The position numbers and the translations under genes were made by a program. Positions 1 through 10,115 of a stretch of 24,000 nucleotides of DNA are shown piece by piece. The number at the start of each line of letters is the position of its first letter. Positions within the stretch are counted from its first letter, which is position 1. Below the pieces are notes generated by a model. That model did no database searches. It saw only the letters and a list, made by a program, of their open reading frames with translations, and was not told the DNA's origin. This DNA is from Acaryochloris marina S15 (GTDB lineage: Bacteria; Cyanobacteriota; Cyanobacteriia; Thermosynechococcales; Thermosynechococcaceae): positions 4,503,871 to 4,527,870 of the forward strand of contig NZ_CP064923.1 in the NCBI RefSeq assembly GCF_018336915.1, given 5' to 3'.

Positions 1-734
1 TGCCGAATATTCAGTTGAGTGGCTTGCTCAAAGGCCGTCATCGCTTCTTCTTGAAACCCAATTTGAAACTGGGCTAGGCCCAAACCATAATAGGCGGCAT
101 GCAAGTAAGCATTATAGTGAATGGCTTTTTGATAAGCTAGGGCAGCCTCATCATAGTTTTGAATACGATAAAGAGCACTTGCCAGATTGCAATAGAGTTC
201 AGCATTCTCCGGTGCATAATCCAAGGCTTGGCTATAAACAACCACCGCTTCGACAAAATCCCGAAATTGATACAAAACACTTCCCAGACCGTTGTGGGCT
301 GCAGCTAAAGTGGGCTGCTTGTGAATCGCCTGCTTAAAATTATCCTTCGCCCCCATATAGTCTGCTTGCTCATACTTATGCAGCCCTCGCCGCAGCCAAA
401 CCACCGCCCAAGAGGTTTCATCCATCTCTTCCGAATTGAGGGTCGGCTGGCTCGTTACGGTCGGTTGCACCAGGGTCAATCCCTCTAAAGGGTCTGGCGG
501 AAACGGAGATTCAGGCTGTTCAGACCTTTGATAGCCAGCTGGCTCCTGATCCTGCTGCTGTGGATTGTCCTGGACTTCCACTTCAGATCCAGAATTAACC
601 AGATCTTCTTCAATTTCATTAGCAAGATTTAGCCCGCGTTTAATCAACGAAGACATTTGATCATCAACACGGGCATGAAGAGATGGAAGATTGAACTTGC
701 CCTGCTCGGACTGTTCCTTGGGCCCCTCCACCAT
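1..734 (-). CDS. TPR repeat protein (partial; C-terminus lies beyond the left edge)
   Basis: My own translation of the minus strand from the ATG at 734-732 stays open to position 3 (244 codons). The ORF is absent from the supplied track because it is edge-truncated. The N-terminus reads MVEGPKEQSEQGKFNLPSLH, followed by an acidic, Q/P-rich linker. Tandem TPR-like units follow, e.g. AAHNGLGSVLYQFRDFVEAVVVYSQALDYAPENAELYCNLASALYRIQNYDEAALAYQKAI. The start lies 5 nt after the stop of the upstream J-domain gene, suggesting an operon. Confidence 0.75.
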   Translation of the reverse strand, partial: MVEGPKEQSEQGKFNLPSLHARVDDQMSSLIKRGLNLANEIEEDLVNSGSEVEVQDNPQQQDQEPAGYQRSEQPESPFPPDPLEGLTLVQPTVTSQPTLNSEEMDETSWAVVWLRRGLHKYEQADYMGAKDNFKQAIHKQPTLAAAHNGLGSVLYQFRDFVEAVVVYSQALDYAPENAELYCNLASALYRIQNYDEAALAYQKAIHYNAYLHAAYYGLGLAQFQIGFQEEAMTAFEQATQLNIR

Positions 735-739
735 AATCT

Positions 740-1426
740 CTATCCCATTTTTTCCTTAAGCTCTGTCAACTGTTGCTGCGCCATCGAGATTTCTTGATCA
801 AAACGGTGCGACATTTCCAACAAAAGATCTTGCCCAAGTTGTTCCAACTTTACTGCCTTCATCCTCAATTGATGCAAATCTGATTGAGATAGTTGCTGCA
901 ATTTATCTTCAATCGACTGCAAGCGCTGTCGGCTCTGAGCAATTTGACGAATCGTCCGGATTAAATCTGCTGTTATCCCTTCCCCTTGGACAGAGTCTGG
1001 GCTACTTTCCCAATCATGCAAAATCGCCCTAAGACGATCTTCATCCCCCGATTCATAGGCACGATTGACGAAGGCCATCAGTTGTTCGCGGCGGGAACGC
1101 TCTTCAGGATCCGTTGCCAGGTCAGGATGAATCCGTTTGGCCACTTCTCGATAGAGCTGTTTCAAACGAGCGGATGGCCGAAAGTTGTGGTTAGACGCCA
1201 TCAACGTTAAATATTTTGAAATTTGGGCATTAATCCGCTCTAATTCTTCCTGGCGGATACCCACAACCTGCATATAACGATACTCAAACGAGTGGAGTTC
1301 AGCCTGAAACGTAGCCAATTCTAGCTCCCGTTGTGCTAACTGAGCTTCCAAATCCAATAGCTCTGACTGCTTTCTCTGAAGTTCTAGCTCTTCTGGCGTC
1401 GATTGACGAACAAGACTACTACTCAT
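740..1426 (-). CDS. Coiled-coil protein with an internal J-domain (HPD motif)
   Basis: ORF 740..1477 (245 aa). The longest form starts at a TTG (1477); the first ATG is at 1426 (MSSSLVRQ...), which I use here. A J-domain helix II/III signature, LKQLYREVAKRIHPDLATDPEERSRREQLMAFVNRAYESGD, has its HPD codons at 1121-1129. The flanking E/Q/L-rich segments look like coiled coil (ELELQRKQSELLDLEAQLAQRELELATFQAEL and QRLQSIEDKLQQLSQSDLHQLRMKAVKLEQL). Confidence 0.75.
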   Translation of the reverse strand: MSSSLVRQSTPEELELQRKQSELLDLEAQLAQRELELATFQAELHSFEYRYMQVVGIRQEELERINAQISKYLTLMASNHNFRPSARLKQLYREVAKRIHPDLATDPEERSRREQLMAFVNRAYESGDEDRLRAILHDWESSPDSVQGEGITADLIRTIRQIAQSRQRLQSIEDKLQQLSQSDLHQLRMKAVKLEQLGQDLLLEMSHRFDQEISMAQQQLTELKEKMG

Positions 1427-1555
1427 TGACTTTGAATCGTGATGTGAGGAGATACTATTAAATCGAGTTATGTTCAAGATAGAGAGCGTACCCTAGGAAA
1501 ATGGCAAACGATGCTGCCATACCTCAGTTGAAAAGCCAGTTTTATCTAACTTAGC

Positions 1556-3112
1556 TTACTTACCGGTGTTGATGAAAGAGGGGGCTACCGCAATCAGGCT
1601 GAGCACCACCAAGCTAGGTAAGAACCAGTTTCCCCACTGTACATATAAAGTCTGGGTTTGACGACGATAAATTGTGGCAGCATGGGTAGCAAACACCAGA
1701 GGTTGCGAACGCCACAAGGTTTGGCCATGGGGATTAATCACACCAGAGTATCCCGTATTCGTCGAGCGAACAGTCCACCGATCGGTTTCTATGGCTCTCA
1801 TCACATCATGGGCATGGTGCTGAGCCATCATCCGAGTATTATACGGATCGTTATTGGAGGCCGTCAGAATAAACTCTCCGCCTTGGGCAGCTTGTTTCTG
1901 AAACAGTTGCGGAAAGGCAGAATCAAAACAAATCCCTGCGATCGCAGGTCCCCAAGGGGTGAGGAATTGTTGATCCGGCTTACCTAAATTCATCTGTGTA
2001 CCGACAGGCGTCAACCGACCGATTACCCCACCCAACAGAGACTCAAAGGGAATATATTCACCTAAGGGCACAAGCTTAATTTTGTTGTAGCGGCTCAAGA
2101 TGCTGCCATCAGCCAAAACGGTAATTAAACTTTGGGTAATGCGATGGTCTTCAGGCATAAAACTCCCGAGCCAGGCAACCACCTGTTTATCTTGAATTGC
2201 CTCTACTAAGGGAGGCTGGTCTCGCCATAAAAAGGGGAAAGCCCCTTCTGGAGTGAGTACAGCATCAACACCTTGATCGGCCAACTGCCGATAGCCAGCC
2301 TCGTAATTTTTACGCCCTAGTTCAAGGCCTTGCTTAAACAATTTGATCCGGGTTGGGACATTGCCTTGAATAATACCAATATCGAGGGCAGTATCCTGAT
2401 TAGCCTGCAACGGTTGCAGGTAAAGGCTCAAACCTAATAGATGTAAACCGATCAAAAGTGCGATCGCAGTGCCACGATACCGCCACCGATGTCGTATAGC
2501 GGTCCAACCTTCTGCCAAACAGCCATTAACCATCACTAATGCAGCAACGACAACCGTCGGTCCGGAGATCCGCCCCAAATGCAGAATCACTAGGTTCGCT
2601 GGGCTTTGAGTATAAGAGATCGGGGTCCACCATAATGGAGATTGGGTCCAGAGCCACTCCAATGTCGTCCAAGCTGCTGTTCCCACCAAAATTCGACTAT
2701 AAATGGGTAACTTGAACGCCCTCCAAGCCATCCATCCAGACCAGAAAGCAGCAATCAACGCCCCATAAACCGTTACAAACAGCCAGCAAACAACTGCAAT
2801 GGTAAGACTAGTCCACCAAGATAGGCCCATCCATGTCATGGGATGTAAGCCTGTTAGCCAAGACACGGCAGCACCCTGATACCCAACTCCCCACGCCAGC
2901 CCCAGCCGCATCGCCAAGCACACCTGCCCCTGAGCACGTTTAACGTATATCCACAGGGGCACCAAAGCAACCCATGCAAACCACCAAGTTCCCACTGGTG
3001 CGGGGCTAATACCCATTATTAAGCCCGAGAGAAAAACGAGACCAAACCCTCGCCATCTAACCGAAGAATTTTTCGGTTGGGTACGGTCTTTCACAATATT
3101 TTCCACGCGCAT
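1556..3112 (-). CDS. lnt: Apolipoprotein N-acyltransferase
   Basis: 518 aa with an ATG start at 3112. The N-terminal half is multi-TM and hydrophobic. The C-terminal part resembles a CN-hydrolase domain (GIIQGNVP..., VLTPEGAFPF, KIKLVPLGEYIP, AGICFDSAFP), which is the typical Lnt architecture. Confidence 0.85.
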   Translation of the reverse strand: MRVENIVKDRTQPKNSSVRWRGFGLVFLSGLIMGISPAPVGTWWFAWVALVPLWIYVKRAQGQVCLAMRLGLAWGVGYQGAAVSWLTGLHPMTWMGLSWWTSLTIAVVCWLFVTVYGALIAAFWSGWMAWRAFKLPIYSRILVGTAAWTTLEWLWTQSPLWWTPISYTQSPANLVILHLGRISGPTVVVAALVMVNGCLAEGWTAIRHRWRYRGTAIALLIGLHLLGLSLYLQPLQANQDTALDIGIIQGNVPTRIKLFKQGLELGRKNYEAGYRQLADQGVDAVLTPEGAFPFLWRDQPPLVEAIQDKQVVAWLGSFMPEDHRITQSLITVLADGSILSRYNKIKLVPLGEYIPFESLLGGVIGRLTPVGTQMNLGKPDQQFLTPWGPAIAGICFDSAFPQLFQKQAAQGGEFILTASNNDPYNTRMMAQHHAHDVMRAIETDRWTVRSTNTGYSGVINPHGQTLWRSQPLVFATHAATIYRRQTQTLYVQWGNWFLPSLVVLSLIAVAPSFINTGK

Positions 3113-3315
3113 TCTGGAGCTTGCAGTAAGGTCTGCTGGCAGTTTACCCTGATTAAGTTTTTCCTGATTCAGGAATCCATTGCGTGCATTAGACCGAGCC
3201 CAGTGTTAGTAGCCACCGTACTATCCCTACTTTCGAGAAGTTCTTTGACTTCGCTATGCTGGAGTTCAGCAGCCCGCGTAACTATCACAACTTCATTCCC
3301 AAACCCGAGGTTTTC

Positions 3316-3639
3316 ATGGACAATAACAATTTCCTCAAGCAAATGTTGATGATTGGGGTCGGAACCACCTCTTTTGTCACCGATAAACTTCGGGAAGTCA
3401 GTGATCAATGGGTCAATGAAGGACGGTTAAATCCCGAGCAAGCTAAAGCTTTTGTAGATGATCTGTTACAACAAATGCGCTCGGACCCAGGAGATTGGGA
3501 AGCTCAGATGGAGCGCCAAGTTCGCAATATGATGCAAGATTTAGGGTTAGCAAGACAGGCTGAAGTGGATGAATTACGCGGTAGGATTGATCGACTGGAG
3601 CGACAAGTGCGAGACTTAGAAAATAAGCTTTGGCGGTAG
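3316..3639 (+). CDS. Phasin-like / COG3937-type small coiled-coil protein
   Basis: ORF 3256..3639. The internal ATG at 3316 gives MDNNNFLKQMLMIGVGTTSFVTDKLREVSDQWVNEGRLNPEQAKAFVDDLL... and ends in a heptad-like EVDELRGRIDRLERQVRDLENKLWR. It resembles proteins annotated as the phasin family. The family assignment comes from memory of that sequence pattern, not from a search. Confidence 0.55.
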   Translation: MDNNNFLKQMLMIGVGTTSFVTDKLREVSDQWVNEGRLNPEQAKAFVDDLLQQMRSDPGDWEAQMERQVRNMMQDLGLARQAEVDELRGRIDRLERQVRDLENKLWR

Positions 3640-3700
3640 CCTCCTCAATCAAAACCAACCATTCAAAGCATCACTGTCCTAAACCGATCGGAGGAACATC

Positions 3701-4237
3701 TTGCGTAATATCTTAATCAGTTTCGGGATTGTCCTTGTTTGTAGCGCCGTTTTGGTCATTGCCCAAGTTACTAACGGCACTCCCGAAGTATCTGCAGAGC
3801 CCTTACAAACAGATAATACTCTAACAACTGTTGCTGCTATTCCTGTTGCCCAAACACCTACATCTGAAATGAATTCAACTGACACTGAAGATTCTGATTA
3901 CACCACCACCGCATCTGGCTTGCAATATCGTGACTTAGTAGAAGGCACAGGTGAGCAACCTATGCTAGGTCAAATGGTTGTCGTTCACTATACTGGCACC
4001 TTAACCGATGGGAGCAAATTTGATAGTTCTCGCGATCGCGGACAGCCATTCTCCTTCCCCATTGGAAAAGGGCGAGTGATCAAAGGTTGGGATGAAGGCG
4101 TTGGCACCATGAAAGTAGGCGGTCGTCGGAAGTTAGTCATTCCTCCTGATTTAGGGTATGGCTCAAGAGGCGCTGGTGGCGTAATCCCCCCCAATGCTAC
4201 CCTAGTTTTTGATGTTGAACTACTGAGAATTCAATAG
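3701..4237 (+). CDS. FKBP-type peptidyl-prolyl cis-trans isomerase, secreted or membrane-anchored
   Basis: 178 aa. TTG start at 3701 with GGAGGA 6 nt upstream. An N-terminal signal or anchor sequence ([22 protein letters not shown]) is followed by a canonical FKBP domain ([75 protein letters not shown]...[14 protein letters not shown]). Confidence 0.9.
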   Translation: MRNILISFGIVLVCSAVLVIAQVTNGTPEVSAEPLQTDNTLTTVAAIPVAQTPTSEMNSTDTEDSDYTTTASGLQYRDLVEGTGEQPMLGQMVVVHYTGTLTDGSKFDSSRDRGQPFSFPIGKGRVIKGWDEGVGTMKVGGRRKLVIPPDLGYGSRGAGGVIPPNATLVFDVELLRIQ

Positions 4238-4256
4238 CTTAAGCCTTATATAAACT

Positions 4257-4298
4257 GAAAATAAGCCCGAAATCTATGAAATATCCGGGCTTATTTTT
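4257..4298. terminator. Bidirectional rho-independent terminator between the convergent FKBP and LON-domain genes
   Basis: A 9-bp stem pairs ATAAGCCCG (4261-4269) with CGGGCTTAT (4286-4294). It is preceded by an A-run (4258-4261) and followed by TTTTT (4294-4298), so either strand reads as a hairpin followed by a U-tract. Confidence 0.7.
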
Positions 4299-4338
4299 GG
4301 TTTTCGGGAGCGATAGGTAAACAAGCCGCTCAATACAA

Positions 4339-4986
4339 TCAGGGCTCTAATGTATCTTTCAGAACTGTACGCGCTGCTAAATGATTGCGTGTAGACGTCA
4401 AAATCTCCGCTTCTCGCTCCAGCCGAGCCTGAGTGTCCTGCATTTCCAATAGAGATTGTTGCTCTAACGCCGCACCGTAAAAATTACTCGCCACCCAGTA
4501 GGAAAGATCTACAGGGAGACTTGGAATATCATCTGGAAGGTTAATATCTTGTTCAGTTAGCTTTGCAGAAAGCCTAACAACATCTTGCAACAGCTGTGTG
4601 ACACTTGTGGTTAAAGCTTGCAAGTCTTGATCCTGCAGAGGTTGATCGTCGATCCACTCGACTAATCCAACACGGTAAGGCTTTTCGCGAACATAATGAA
4701 GTACCTTAAATCGCTGTTTCCCCAGCGTTAGGATCATAATTCGATCATCAGGCAGTCTTTCATGCTTTGTGATTTCAGCACAACACCCTACTAAAGCCGC
4801 TTCACCTTTGTTAGGGTCCCACATCAAAACACCAAATTGTCGATCCTCTTCCAAAATAGTGTTCATCATTATCCGGTAGCGATATTCGAAAATATGCAAC
4901 GGTAATGGCCGCCCTGGGAACAGAACTACATCAGGAAGAGGGAATAGGGGCAGCTCACGTACAGCAATTGAAGAGGGAATAGCCAT
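4339..4986 (-). CDS. LON N-terminal (substrate-binding) domain protein
   Basis: ORF 4339..4992. The longest form starts at TTG 4992; the ATG at 4986 gives MAIPSSIAVRELPLFPLPDVVLFPGRPLPLHIFEYRYRIMM..., the hallmark opening of stand-alone Lon N-terminal domain proteins. No AAA+ or protease domain is present. Confidence 0.8.
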   Translation of the reverse strand: MAIPSSIAVRELPLFPLPDVVLFPGRPLPLHIFEYRYRIMMNTILEEDRQFGVLMWDPNKGEAALVGCCAEITKHERLPDDRIMILTLGKQRFKVLHYVREKPYRVGLVEWIDDQPLQDQDLQALTTSVTQLLQDVVRLSAKLTEQDINLPDDIPSLPVDLSYWVASNFYGAALEQQSLLEMQDTQARLEREAEILTSTRNHLAARTVLKDTLEP

Positions 4987-5092
4987 TAGCAACGGGAGAG
5001 GTGGGATAGGGAGTACTCTTATTCACTCTAGCCCATGTCCCCCGAAGAATTCACAAACAACTCAGGCAAGCACCTAACAACTACAGTCGAGA

Positions 5093-5410
5093 CTAAAGCT
5101 TGACTTCAATATCAACACCAGCAGGCAAATCAAGCTTCATCAACGCATCAATAGTTTTGGGTGAAGGCTGATAAATATCAACAATACGACGATGAGTACG
5201 TGTTTCGAAGTGCTCACGTGAGTCCTTGTCTACATGTGGAGATCGTAGAACACAATAAATACGTCGTCGGGTGGGTAAAGGAATAGGTCCAACAGGGGAG
5301 GCATTAGTTCGCTTAGCAGTCTCAACGATTTTGTCACAGGATGTGTCGAGCAAACGGTGATCAAAAGCTTTCAGGCGAATGCGGATTTTTTGTTGCTGGA
5401 GAGTTGTCAT
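5093..5410 (-). CDS. rpsJ: 30S ribosomal protein S10
   Basis: 105 aa: [17 protein letters not shown]...[25 protein letters not shown]...[13 protein letters not shown]. This is an unmistakable S10. Confidence 0.97.
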   Translation of the reverse strand: MTTLQQQKIRIRLKAFDHRLLDTSCDKIVETAKRTNASPVGPIPLPTRRRIYCVLRSPHVDKDSREHFETRTHRRIVDIYQPSPKTIDALMKLDLPAGVDIEVKL

Positions 5411-5556
5411 ATCTTAGATCAATCGTTAAGTTGTCAAGGTTCTGGATGACAGCAAAATTATGTAGAACTGCTGTTAGCAATCGGATCTTGTCAGACAAGC
5501 TGAAGGTAAGCACTACCGCTATGCCTCCAGCTCTATCTTAAGGGCTGTTTAGGAGA

Positions 5557-6786
5557 CTATTTCAGGATTTTGGAGACAACACCAGCTCCAACAGTCCGGC
5601 CACCTTCACGAATCGCAAATCGCATCCCTTGCTCAATCGCAATAGGGTTGATTAATTCAACTGTCATTTTAATGCGATCGCCAGGCATAACCATCTCAGC
5701 GGCACTACCATCGTCAGCTGTAAAAGCGCTGATTGTACCCGTTACATCTGTCGTTCTGACATAGAACTGGGGTCGGTAACCAGGGAAAAACGGTGTATGA
5801 CGTCCTCCCTCATCTTTCTTGAGGATATAAACTTCAGACTCAAACTGGGTATGAGGAGTAATTGAACCAGGCTTGGCTAACACCATGCCACGCTCAATAT
5901 CTTCTTTTTGAACACCCCGCAAAAGTAAGCCGACGTTATCACCAGCCATCCCTTCATCAAGGGTCTTTTGGAACATCTCAACACCAGTCACAGTAGTATT
6001 GCGTGTATCTCTAATTCCAACTAACTCGACAGTCTCGCCAACGACAACCTTGCCCCGCTCGATCCGTCCAGTAGCGACTGTTCCACGACCTGTAATAGAG
6101 AAGACATCTTCTACAGCCATCAAGAAAGGCTTATCAATATCTCTTTCAGGAGTAGGAATATAGGCATCCACTTCATCCATCAAAGCGTAGATTTTATCTA
6201 CCCACTCGTTGTCTCCTTTCTTCATGGAGTCCGCACCATTGAGGGCTTCTAAAGCCATTAGCGCCGAGCCAGAAACGATGGGAATATCATCTCCTGGGAA
6301 ATCATAGTCGTTTAAAAGTTCTCGAACTTCTAGCTCAACCAACTCTAGCAACTCTTCATCATCTACCTGGTCTTGCTTATTCATAAAGACCACAATATTG
6401 GGAACCCCAACCTGCTTAGCCAGTAGAATATGTTCACGAGTTTGGGGCATGGGACCATCAGCAGCGGAGACTACTAATACTGCTCCATCCATCTGGGCAG
6501 CCCCAGTAATCATATTTTTGACATAGTCAGCATGCCCAGGACAGTCCACGTGGGCATAGTGACGATCCGTCGTCTCATACTCCACGTGAGCCGTATTAAT
6601 CGTGATCCCTCTTTCCCGCTCTTCCGGGGCCGCATCAATGTCATCGTACTTCCTGGCTTTAGCTTGGCCAATGGCAGCGAGAGACATGGTGATTGCTGCT
6701 GTCAAAGTGGTTTTACCATGATCAACGTGACCAATGGTACCAATGTTGACGTGGGGTTTTGTTCGTTCAAATTTTGCGCGTGCCAT
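5557..6786 (-). CDS. tuf: Elongation factor Tu
   Basis: 409 aa: [28 protein letters not shown]..., [15 protein letters not shown]. This is canonical EF-Tu. Confidence 0.98.
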   Translation of the reverse strand: MARAKFERTKPHVNIGTIGHVDHGKTTLTAAITMSLAAIGQAKARKYDDIDAAPEERERGITINTAHVEYETTDRHYAHVDCPGHADYVKNMITGAAQMDGAVLVVSAADGPMPQTREHILLAKQVGVPNIVVFMNKQDQVDDEELLELVELEVRELLNDYDFPGDDIPIVSGSALMALEALNGADSMKKGDNEWVDKIYALMDEVDAYIPTPERDIDKPFLMAVEDVFSITGRGTVATGRIERGKVVVGETVELVGIRDTRNTTVTGVEMFQKTLDEGMAGDNVGLLLRGVQKEDIERGMVLAKPGSITPHTQFESEVYILKKDEGGRHTPFFPGYRPQFYVRTTDVTGTISAFTADDGSAAEMVMPGDRIKMTVELINPIAIEQGMRFAIREGGRTVGAGVVSKILK

Positions 6787-6811
6787 GTATCAACTATTCC
6801 TTTTCGATGAA

Positions 6812-8887
6812 TTATGCGTTCCCTTTGTTTTTTTCGATAATGGGTTCAGCCACATTACGAGGAACGTCCTCGTAGTTACCAAACTCCATTGTAAAGATAC
6901 CTCGACCCTGAGTCATAGACCGGATATCTGTGGCATAGCCAAACATGGTCGCCAATGGGACTTTAGTCGTCACCTTGGCGAGCCCTTGGGCCACTTCTTG
7001 ACCTTCGATTTGGCCTCTTCGAGAAATGAGGTCACCCATTACAGGGCCGAGGAAGTCTTCAGGTACTTCTACCTCAACTTTCATCATGGGCTCTAGCAGC
7101 GCAGGTGAGGCTTGCATTACCCCATCTTTGATTGCTATTGAGCCCGCGATTTTAAAGGCCATTTCAGAAGAATCAACATCATGGTAAGACCCATCAACTA
7201 ATGTCGCTTTGACATCAATGAGGGGATAACCAGCTAAGATACCAGATTCGCAAGCTTCTTTCATCCCTTGCTCAGCCGGACCAATAAACTCTTTAGGGAT
7301 AGAACCTCCCACAATTTTTGAGATAAATTCAAAACCAGTGCCCTCTTCAGCGGGTTCTATCTCAACAACAACATGACCATATTGGCCTTTCCCCCCACTT
7401 TGCCGTACAAACTTGCCTTCAGCAGTCACTGCTTTACGAATCGTCTCTCGATAGGCTACTTGGGGGGCTCCAATATTAGCCTCCACTTTAAATTCTCGTA
7501 GCATCCGATCAATCAAAATCTCTAGATGCAGCTCACCCATACCTGCAATCACTGTCTGATTGGTTTCCGGGTCCACACTGACGCGAAAGGTAGGGTCTTC
7601 TTGAGATAAAGATTGCAAGGCTTTGGAGAGCTTATCCATATCCTGCTTGGTTTTAGGCTCTACTGCCACAGAAATCACAGGTTCAGGAATAAATAAAGAC
7701 TCCAGGACAATGGGCTTCGCCGCATTGCATAGAGTTTCGCCGGTAAAAGTATCCTTAAGACCTAGGGCAGCTCCTAAATCTCCTGCGCGCAACTCATCAA
7801 CCTCAATTCGATCATCAGCTTTCATGATAATCAGCCTTGAAACACGCTCTTTTTTGTCCTTAGTAGGATTGAGGATATAGCTGCCTTTGGTGAGAACGCC
7901 TGAATACACCCGGATAAAGGTAAGTCGTCCATAGGGATCGGACATCACTTTAAATGCGAGGGCAGCCAAAGGCGCTTCATCATCAGCCGGACGCTCAGCT
8001 TCAGTGCCATCCAATAATGTCCCTCGAATAGCAGGAACATCAATCGGTGCTGGCATATAGTCAATCACAGCATCCAAAAGCAGCTGAACGCCTTTATTTT
8101 TAAAGGCAGAGCCACAAAGAATAGGGACTATCGTGCCTGCAATGGTGCCACGACGCAAAGCTGATTGAACTTCTGTTTCTGATAAAGATTCACCTTCGAG
8201 ATACTTCTCCATCAAGGCATCATCTGCTTCAGCAATTGCCTCAACTAGAAGTGTTCGATACTCTTGAGCTCGCTCTTGATTAGACTCAGGAATCTCAGTC
8301 TCTTGAATATCTGTACCTTGATCATTGGTATAGATGAAGGCTTTCATATTGACTAGATCAACAATGCCCTCAAATTTATCTTCACTACCAATTGGAATTT
8401 GAATAGCGACGGCATTGGCTTTAAGACGATCACGAATTTGATCATAAACCTTGAAAAAATTCGCACCCGTCCGATCCATTTTGTTGACGAATACAATTCG
8501 GGGAATCTGATAACGATCAGCTTGCCGCCAAACTGTCTCTGATTGAGGTTGAACACCCCCTACAGAACAGAAAACCGCAATCACGCCATCTAATACTCGC
8601 ATTGAGCGTTCAACTTCAATCGTGAAATCTACATGCCCAGGCGTATCAATAATGTTGACCTGATGATCTTGCCAGGTTGTGGAAATGGCGGCAGCGGTAA
8701 TAGTGATACCACGCTCCCGTTCCTGATCCATCCAATCAGTAACTGTATTGCCATCATGAACTTCTCCGACCTTGTGTACCACACCGGAGTAGAACAAAAT
8801 ACGCTCAGTTGTTGTCGTTTTTCCCGCATCAATATGGGCTGCAATGCCAATATTGCGCACTTTCTCTAGCGGGACGGAACGTGCCAC
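6812..8887 (-). CDS. fusA: Elongation factor G
   Basis: 691 aa: [23 protein letters not shown]..., [16 protein letters not shown] start at 8887 with GGAGG 5 nt upstream. The gap to tuf is 25 bp. Confidence 0.98.
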   Translation of the reverse strand: MARSVPLEKVRNIGIAAHIDAGKTTTTERILFYSGVVHKVGEVHDGNTVTDWMDQERERGITITAAAISTTWQDHQVNIIDTPGHVDFTIEVERSMRVLDGVIAVFCSVGGVQPQSETVWRQADRYQIPRIVFVNKMDRTGANFFKVYDQIRDRLKANAVAIQIPIGSEDKFEGIVDLVNMKAFIYTNDQGTDIQETEIPESNQERAQEYRTLLVEAIAEADDALMEKYLEGESLSETEVQSALRRGTIAGTIVPILCGSAFKNKGVQLLLDAVIDYMPAPIDVPAIRGTLLDGTEAERPADDEAPLAALAFKVMSDPYGRLTFIRVYSGVLTKGSYILNPTKDKKERVSRLIIMKADDRIEVDELRAGDLGAALGLKDTFTGETLCNAAKPIVLESLFIPEPVISVAVEPKTKQDMDKLSKALQSLSQEDPTFRVSVDPETNQTVIAGMGELHLEILIDRMLREFKVEANIGAPQVAYRETIRKAVTAEGKFVRQSGGKGQYGHVVVEIEPAEEGTGFEFISKIVGGSIPKEFIGPAEQGMKEACESGILAGYPLIDVKATLVDGSYHDVDSSEMAFKIAGSIAIKDGVMQASPALLEPMMKVEVEVPEDFLGPVMGDLISRRGQIEGQEVAQGLAKVTTKVPLATMFGYATDIRSMTQGRGIFTMEFGNYEDVPRNVAEPIIEKNKGNA

Positions 8888-8984
8888 AGCTACCTCCTTC
8901 GCCCTAGCAAGTTATTTGCATAAGGGTATACAACATTCTTGCTGCAATGATTCTATAACTTTTTTCAGATAAACTTCACAAAAC

Positions 8985-9455
8985 TTAGTAGCGATAATGG
9001 GCAAACGCTTTATTGGCCTCTGCCATACGATGAGTTTCTTCACGCTTACGTATCGCTGCGCCTGTTTCGTTAGCAGCATCGATCAGTTCGTTAGCCAGTT
9101 TACTCACCATAGATCGCCCAGGACGCTGGCGCGAAAAGCGAATAATCCATCGCAACGCCAAGGCAATGCCTCGATCAGATCGAACTTCCATCGGGACTTG
9201 ATAGGTAGCACCACCCACCCGGCGAGCTTTCACTTCTACTAATGGCGTTACATTACGAACAGCCGTTTCAAACACCTCTAAGGGGTCTTGATTGGTACGT
9301 TCTTCGATAATTTTCAAAGCATCATAAAGAATACGAGAGGCCAAAGATTTCTTCCCACTCGCCATCAAACGCCGAATAGTCATACTGATGAGGCGGCTAT
9401 TGTAAACCGGATCGGGAGGAACAGGGCGCTTTTGGGCACGAATACGACGAGACAT
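8985..9455 (-). CDS. rpsG: 30S ribosomal protein S7
   Basis: 156 aa: MSRR...[12 protein letters not shown]...[20 protein letters not shown]...[14 protein letters not shown]. Confidence 0.97.
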   Translation of the reverse strand: MSRRIRAQKRPVPPDPVYNSRLISMTIRRLMASGKKSLASRILYDALKIIEERTNQDPLEVFETAVRNVTPLVEVKARRVGGATYQVPMEVRSDRGIALALRWIIRFSRQRPGRSMVSKLANELIDAANETGAAIRKREETHRMAEANKAFAHYRY

Positions 9456-9653
9456 GAGAAATCCTACACAAGATAGTAATAATTAAGGGCTTATGGATCC
9501 TCGCTACTTCGAGGAACACATTGTCAGACTACGCAAACTGCGGCAATCTATCTAAAGCTTGAACTGATGAGGGAAATAGTATTAAGGTGTCCCCAAAACA
9601 TAAGCCACAGTCAGGGAACTCTACTCAATCTCAGGTTAAGAGCGCTGGAGCTA

Positions 9654-10034
9654 CTAACTCTTACCTTTAGGACGCTTTGCTCCATATTTTGAACGACTTT
9701 GACGTCTATCTTTAACTCCAGCAGTATCCAAAGTACCGCGGATAATATGGTAGCGAACACCCGGCAAATCTTTAACACGACCACCCCGAATCATGACAAC
9801 GGAATGCTCTTGCAAATTATGGCCAATTCCAGGGATGTAGGCTGTAACCTCAAATCCAGAAGTTAAACGGACCCTGGCGACTTTCCGCAATGCAGAGTTG
9901 GGCTTCTTAGGGGTTGTGGTATAAACGCGAGTACAAACACCACGGCGCTGAGGACAGCTTTTTAAAGCCGGAGACTTTGTCTTCTTCTTTGTGTTGTAAC
10001 GCTCGCTGCGGATAAGCTGCTGAATTGTGGGCAT
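9654..10034 (-). CDS. rpsL: 30S ribosomal protein S12
   Basis: 126 aa: MPTIQQLIR...[52 protein letters not shown]. Confidence 0.97.
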   Translation of the reverse strand: MPTIQQLIRSERYNTKKKTKSPALKSCPQRRGVCTRVYTTTPKKPNSALRKVARVRLTSGFEVTAYIPGIGHNLQEHSVVMIRGGRVKDLPGVRYHIIRGTLDTAGVKDRRQSRSKYGAKRPKGKS

Positions 10035-10086
10035 AGATGGGCGATAGTAAGTTGAGTTAGGATTTTGAATTCTTCCAAATCCTAAC

Positions 10087-10114
10087 TATATAGATCTTTG
10101 CGGCCTTGTGTCAA
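10087..10114 (-). promoter_or_regulatory. Candidate sigma70-type promoter of the str operon
   Basis: The minus strand reads GTTGACAcaaggccgcaaagatcTATATAg. TTGACA lies at 10114-10109, immediately after the ybaB stop codon. A 16-nt spacer separates it from TATATA at 10092-10087. This is sequence inspection only, with no transcript data. Confidence 0.5.
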
Positions 10115-10115
10115 C

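Noticed and set aside
3161-3175. 15-bp palindrome TTCCTGA-T-TCAGGAA in the lnt / phasin-like divergent spacer. It shares a CCTGA/TCAGG core with the 20-bp palindrome at 22218.
   Set aside because: Palindromes with 7-bp arms are expected about once or twice by chance in 24 kb. The half-site spacing also differs from the 22218 palindrome, so a shared regulator is not supported.
5411-5499. Two elements in the tuf-rpsJ spacer: TTGACA-N15-TAAGAT (minus strand, 5437-5411) directly abutting the rpsJ ATG, and the 13-bp palindrome CTTGTC-A-GACAAG (5487-5499).
   Set aside because: The -10-like box touches the start codon, so any transcript would begin inside the gene, and the spacer length is suboptimal. 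The 6-bp-arm palindrome is within chance expectation.
5570-8869. Several 60-120 aa ORFs antisense to or overlapping tuf and fusA (e.g. 5570..5764 +, 6532..6810 +, 6734..7096 +, 7623..7880 +, 8353..8556 -, 8629..8850 -, 8633..8869 +).
   Set aside because: They lie entirely within unmistakable, highly conserved EF-Tu and EF-G reading frames. They have low-complexity or odd composition and no start context. They are typical shadow ORFs.
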